From NCBI GenBank assembly GCA_977016875.1, contig CDRNST010000028.1, positions 1,488,001 through 1,552,000 on the forward strand: a stretch of 64,000 nt of DNA, in the 5' to 3' direction. This document shows, in pieces, positions 62,101-64,000 of the stretch. A program made the position numbers and the translations under genes. Each line of letters begins with the position of its first letter. Position 1 is the first letter of the stretch. The DNA comes from Pavona decussata. Lineage: Eukaryota. The notes beneath the pieces were generated by a model, which did no database searches, had not been told where the DNA came from, and worked only from the letters and a program-made list of their open reading frames with translations.

Positions 62101-64000
62101 TACAACATGGATGCACCTTGTACAACATGATAACAAAGAAGATCTAAACATTATCAGTACAATAGACCCATCCACAATTTTCATTGGAATAGTCGCTCTT
62201 TAGGGGTCCGGTTCACACATTGACGAATAAAAACTACATTCTATGAATCAAGGCTTCTTGCGGGTTGAAAGCGATGAAATCTTTCAAGGACACCTTTCAG
62301 GTTTTTAATGTAGTTAAACCGTACGTATCGTGTCACTCATCAATGTTTTAAACCAAATATCAAAGAGCAAGTGATGAAATGAATCAGTTTTTTTCTCAAA
62401 ATGTCAGAGTTGAAGCATTAAAATTTCGCACAGATGCAATTATTATGATGCTCTTTTAGCCAGAGAGACAATGATTATTTAGACACGTTAATTCAGTCCA
62501 GATCTTTTAATTCATTTTTTTCTTGGAGTTATTCATACTATAAATTTTAACTCAATTCTAAAATTGTTCTTTTAAACATAACAAAAAGGTATTTGAACTT
62601 TTTTCCCTCAAAGCGGGATTTTAATATTTTCAGTACATTAGTTTTAATTCTTAAAAGGTTTCATGTGAGGACCTACACGGGACCAAAAGAAAAACAAAAA
62701 CAAATACCGAAAGCGTATGCATTTTCGATGTGAAAGAAAGGCAATTGAACCAATTTCAAATACGCCGGTTTATTCTACCTTTCAGTTGAACCGGTACGAG
62801 AAATTGTATTTGGGAATTTGTCACGAAACAAGACCTATCACAAGAATTGTGCTAAATTCAAATTTTCTTGAAGAAACAAAATAATGTCGATGTCGTAGTA
62901 ATGTTGTAGCCATGCAGGCACCTCATCGATATTTTGCTTACATCAGCTGTTGTCGTAAACTTGGCTAGGAATGCCGATATTAGTTCGAAATGAAACTATG
63001 TTGTTAGTGTTTAAGACACCGCCCTTATGCCATTCCTCTTTGAAATTGACTCTCAGCAGCCGTTTTTAGAGAGTCTTGGCCGCGTAGTGACTGCTGAATA
63101 GACACTTTTCGATGCGTGTTATAAAACTGTGACTCTGGGTACTTTTACGAAATGTGTCGTGCAGGAAGGAATTTCTTTGCCTTTTATTGCTTCTCTTCAT
63201 GTGATGGGTTTTGTTAAAGGCGCAATATTACACCTTAAAAATTAAACAGAAGAAAATACCGACGAGACCATAATTGCGTAGTAGGAAGTAGTTTGCGTGC
63301 TTTGGAGCAATTTCAAGACACAACTTTGAAAAGAAGAGGAGACGTGGTTAATATCAGTTTCATTAGGAAACTGAGAACAATTGGAGACAGAACTCGTCTG
63401 AGGTTGATCTTTAACGGAGTGAAGCAGTCATATTTGGGTAACACCTACGTCAATTTTCTCCTTTCATCTGCCAGTTGACATTAGGTAAGAAGCAAAACTT
63501 GTACATCGAGATTATTGTTATTAAGGAAGCTAGATTGTCTCCTGGGCGAATGTGTGTTGGGAGTTCGGAGATGTCACAGCAGTTACAGATGAACTGAGGA
63601 AAGATGGCAAAATGTTTTTAGTTCCATTTCATCTAAGGAGTCAGAAGGTATTTGGAATTAACTTTAAACCTTTTCAGTCCCAATGAACTGGCTCTAAAAA
63701 AGTCCCACGACAGAAGTTTTATCACAATGAACTTAATTAACTTCCTCACAACAAAGGGTTTCAGTATGAGTGCGCACGATAAACCGGAACATATACTGGG
63801 CATTAATTAATCGCAGCAAGGTGAAATTTAAAGCTTGGTAGACTTGCTAATATTTGTTAGTTCTGCATCAAATCAAGTAAAATCATCGCAGTTGAAATAC
63901 GACAGGACCGACACTGGGTTGCTTATTCACACTTCGCCGGCTTCGCTCATGGAGTCTTTTTGGCTACAACTGTCGGGTCAGTCATGTGTAAATGTTTCAA

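Noticed and set aside
62335-62365. Minus-strand IWFK as a possible third Otx exon
   Set aside because: It continues TLMSD rather than NRRAK, and no matching helix 1-2 exon is nearby.
40920-64000. Global enrichment of TAATCC/GGATTA sites upstream of Otx-1
   Set aside because: I count roughly a dozen, no more than the ~15 expected from base composition.
1-64000. CRISPR arrays, operons or other prokaryotic systems
   Set aside because: The DNA is intron-containing animal sequence; no repeat-spacer array or long bacterial-type ORF is present.

Overview
AT-rich animal genomic DNA, most likely a stony coral (scleractinian), judged from the repeat families and the Otx gene structure. There is one assembly gap (14759-14925). 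The only protein-coding genes I can support are two tandem, head-to-tail Otx (orthodenticle, PRD-class K50 homeobox) paralogs on the minus strand. Otx-1 is join(40505..40607, 39161..39312, 36161..36514), 202 aa, with the WSP motif. Otx-2 is join(13214..13316, 11376..11527, 9621..10046), 226 aa, without it. Both have identical 103-nt and 152-nt first and second coding exons. The first ~35 kb is full of decayed MITEs, SINEs, LINE 3' ends and local duplications. It also holds a Helentron-like (HINE/DINE-type) element and a single retrozyme-like monomer carrying a minimal type I hammerhead ribozyme about 1 kb upstream of the Otx-2 start codon. The 23 kb upstream of Otx-1 (40.7-64 kb) has no credible ORF and few recognisable transposons, as expected of a cis-regulatory desert. 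I cannot support a wholly new biological system. The best leads are the hammerhead and foldback elements beside Otx-2, the asymmetric WSP loss, a candidate distal non-coding first exon of Otx-2, and a perfect nuclear-receptor DR4 element. Almost all other ORFs in the supplied track look like noise.
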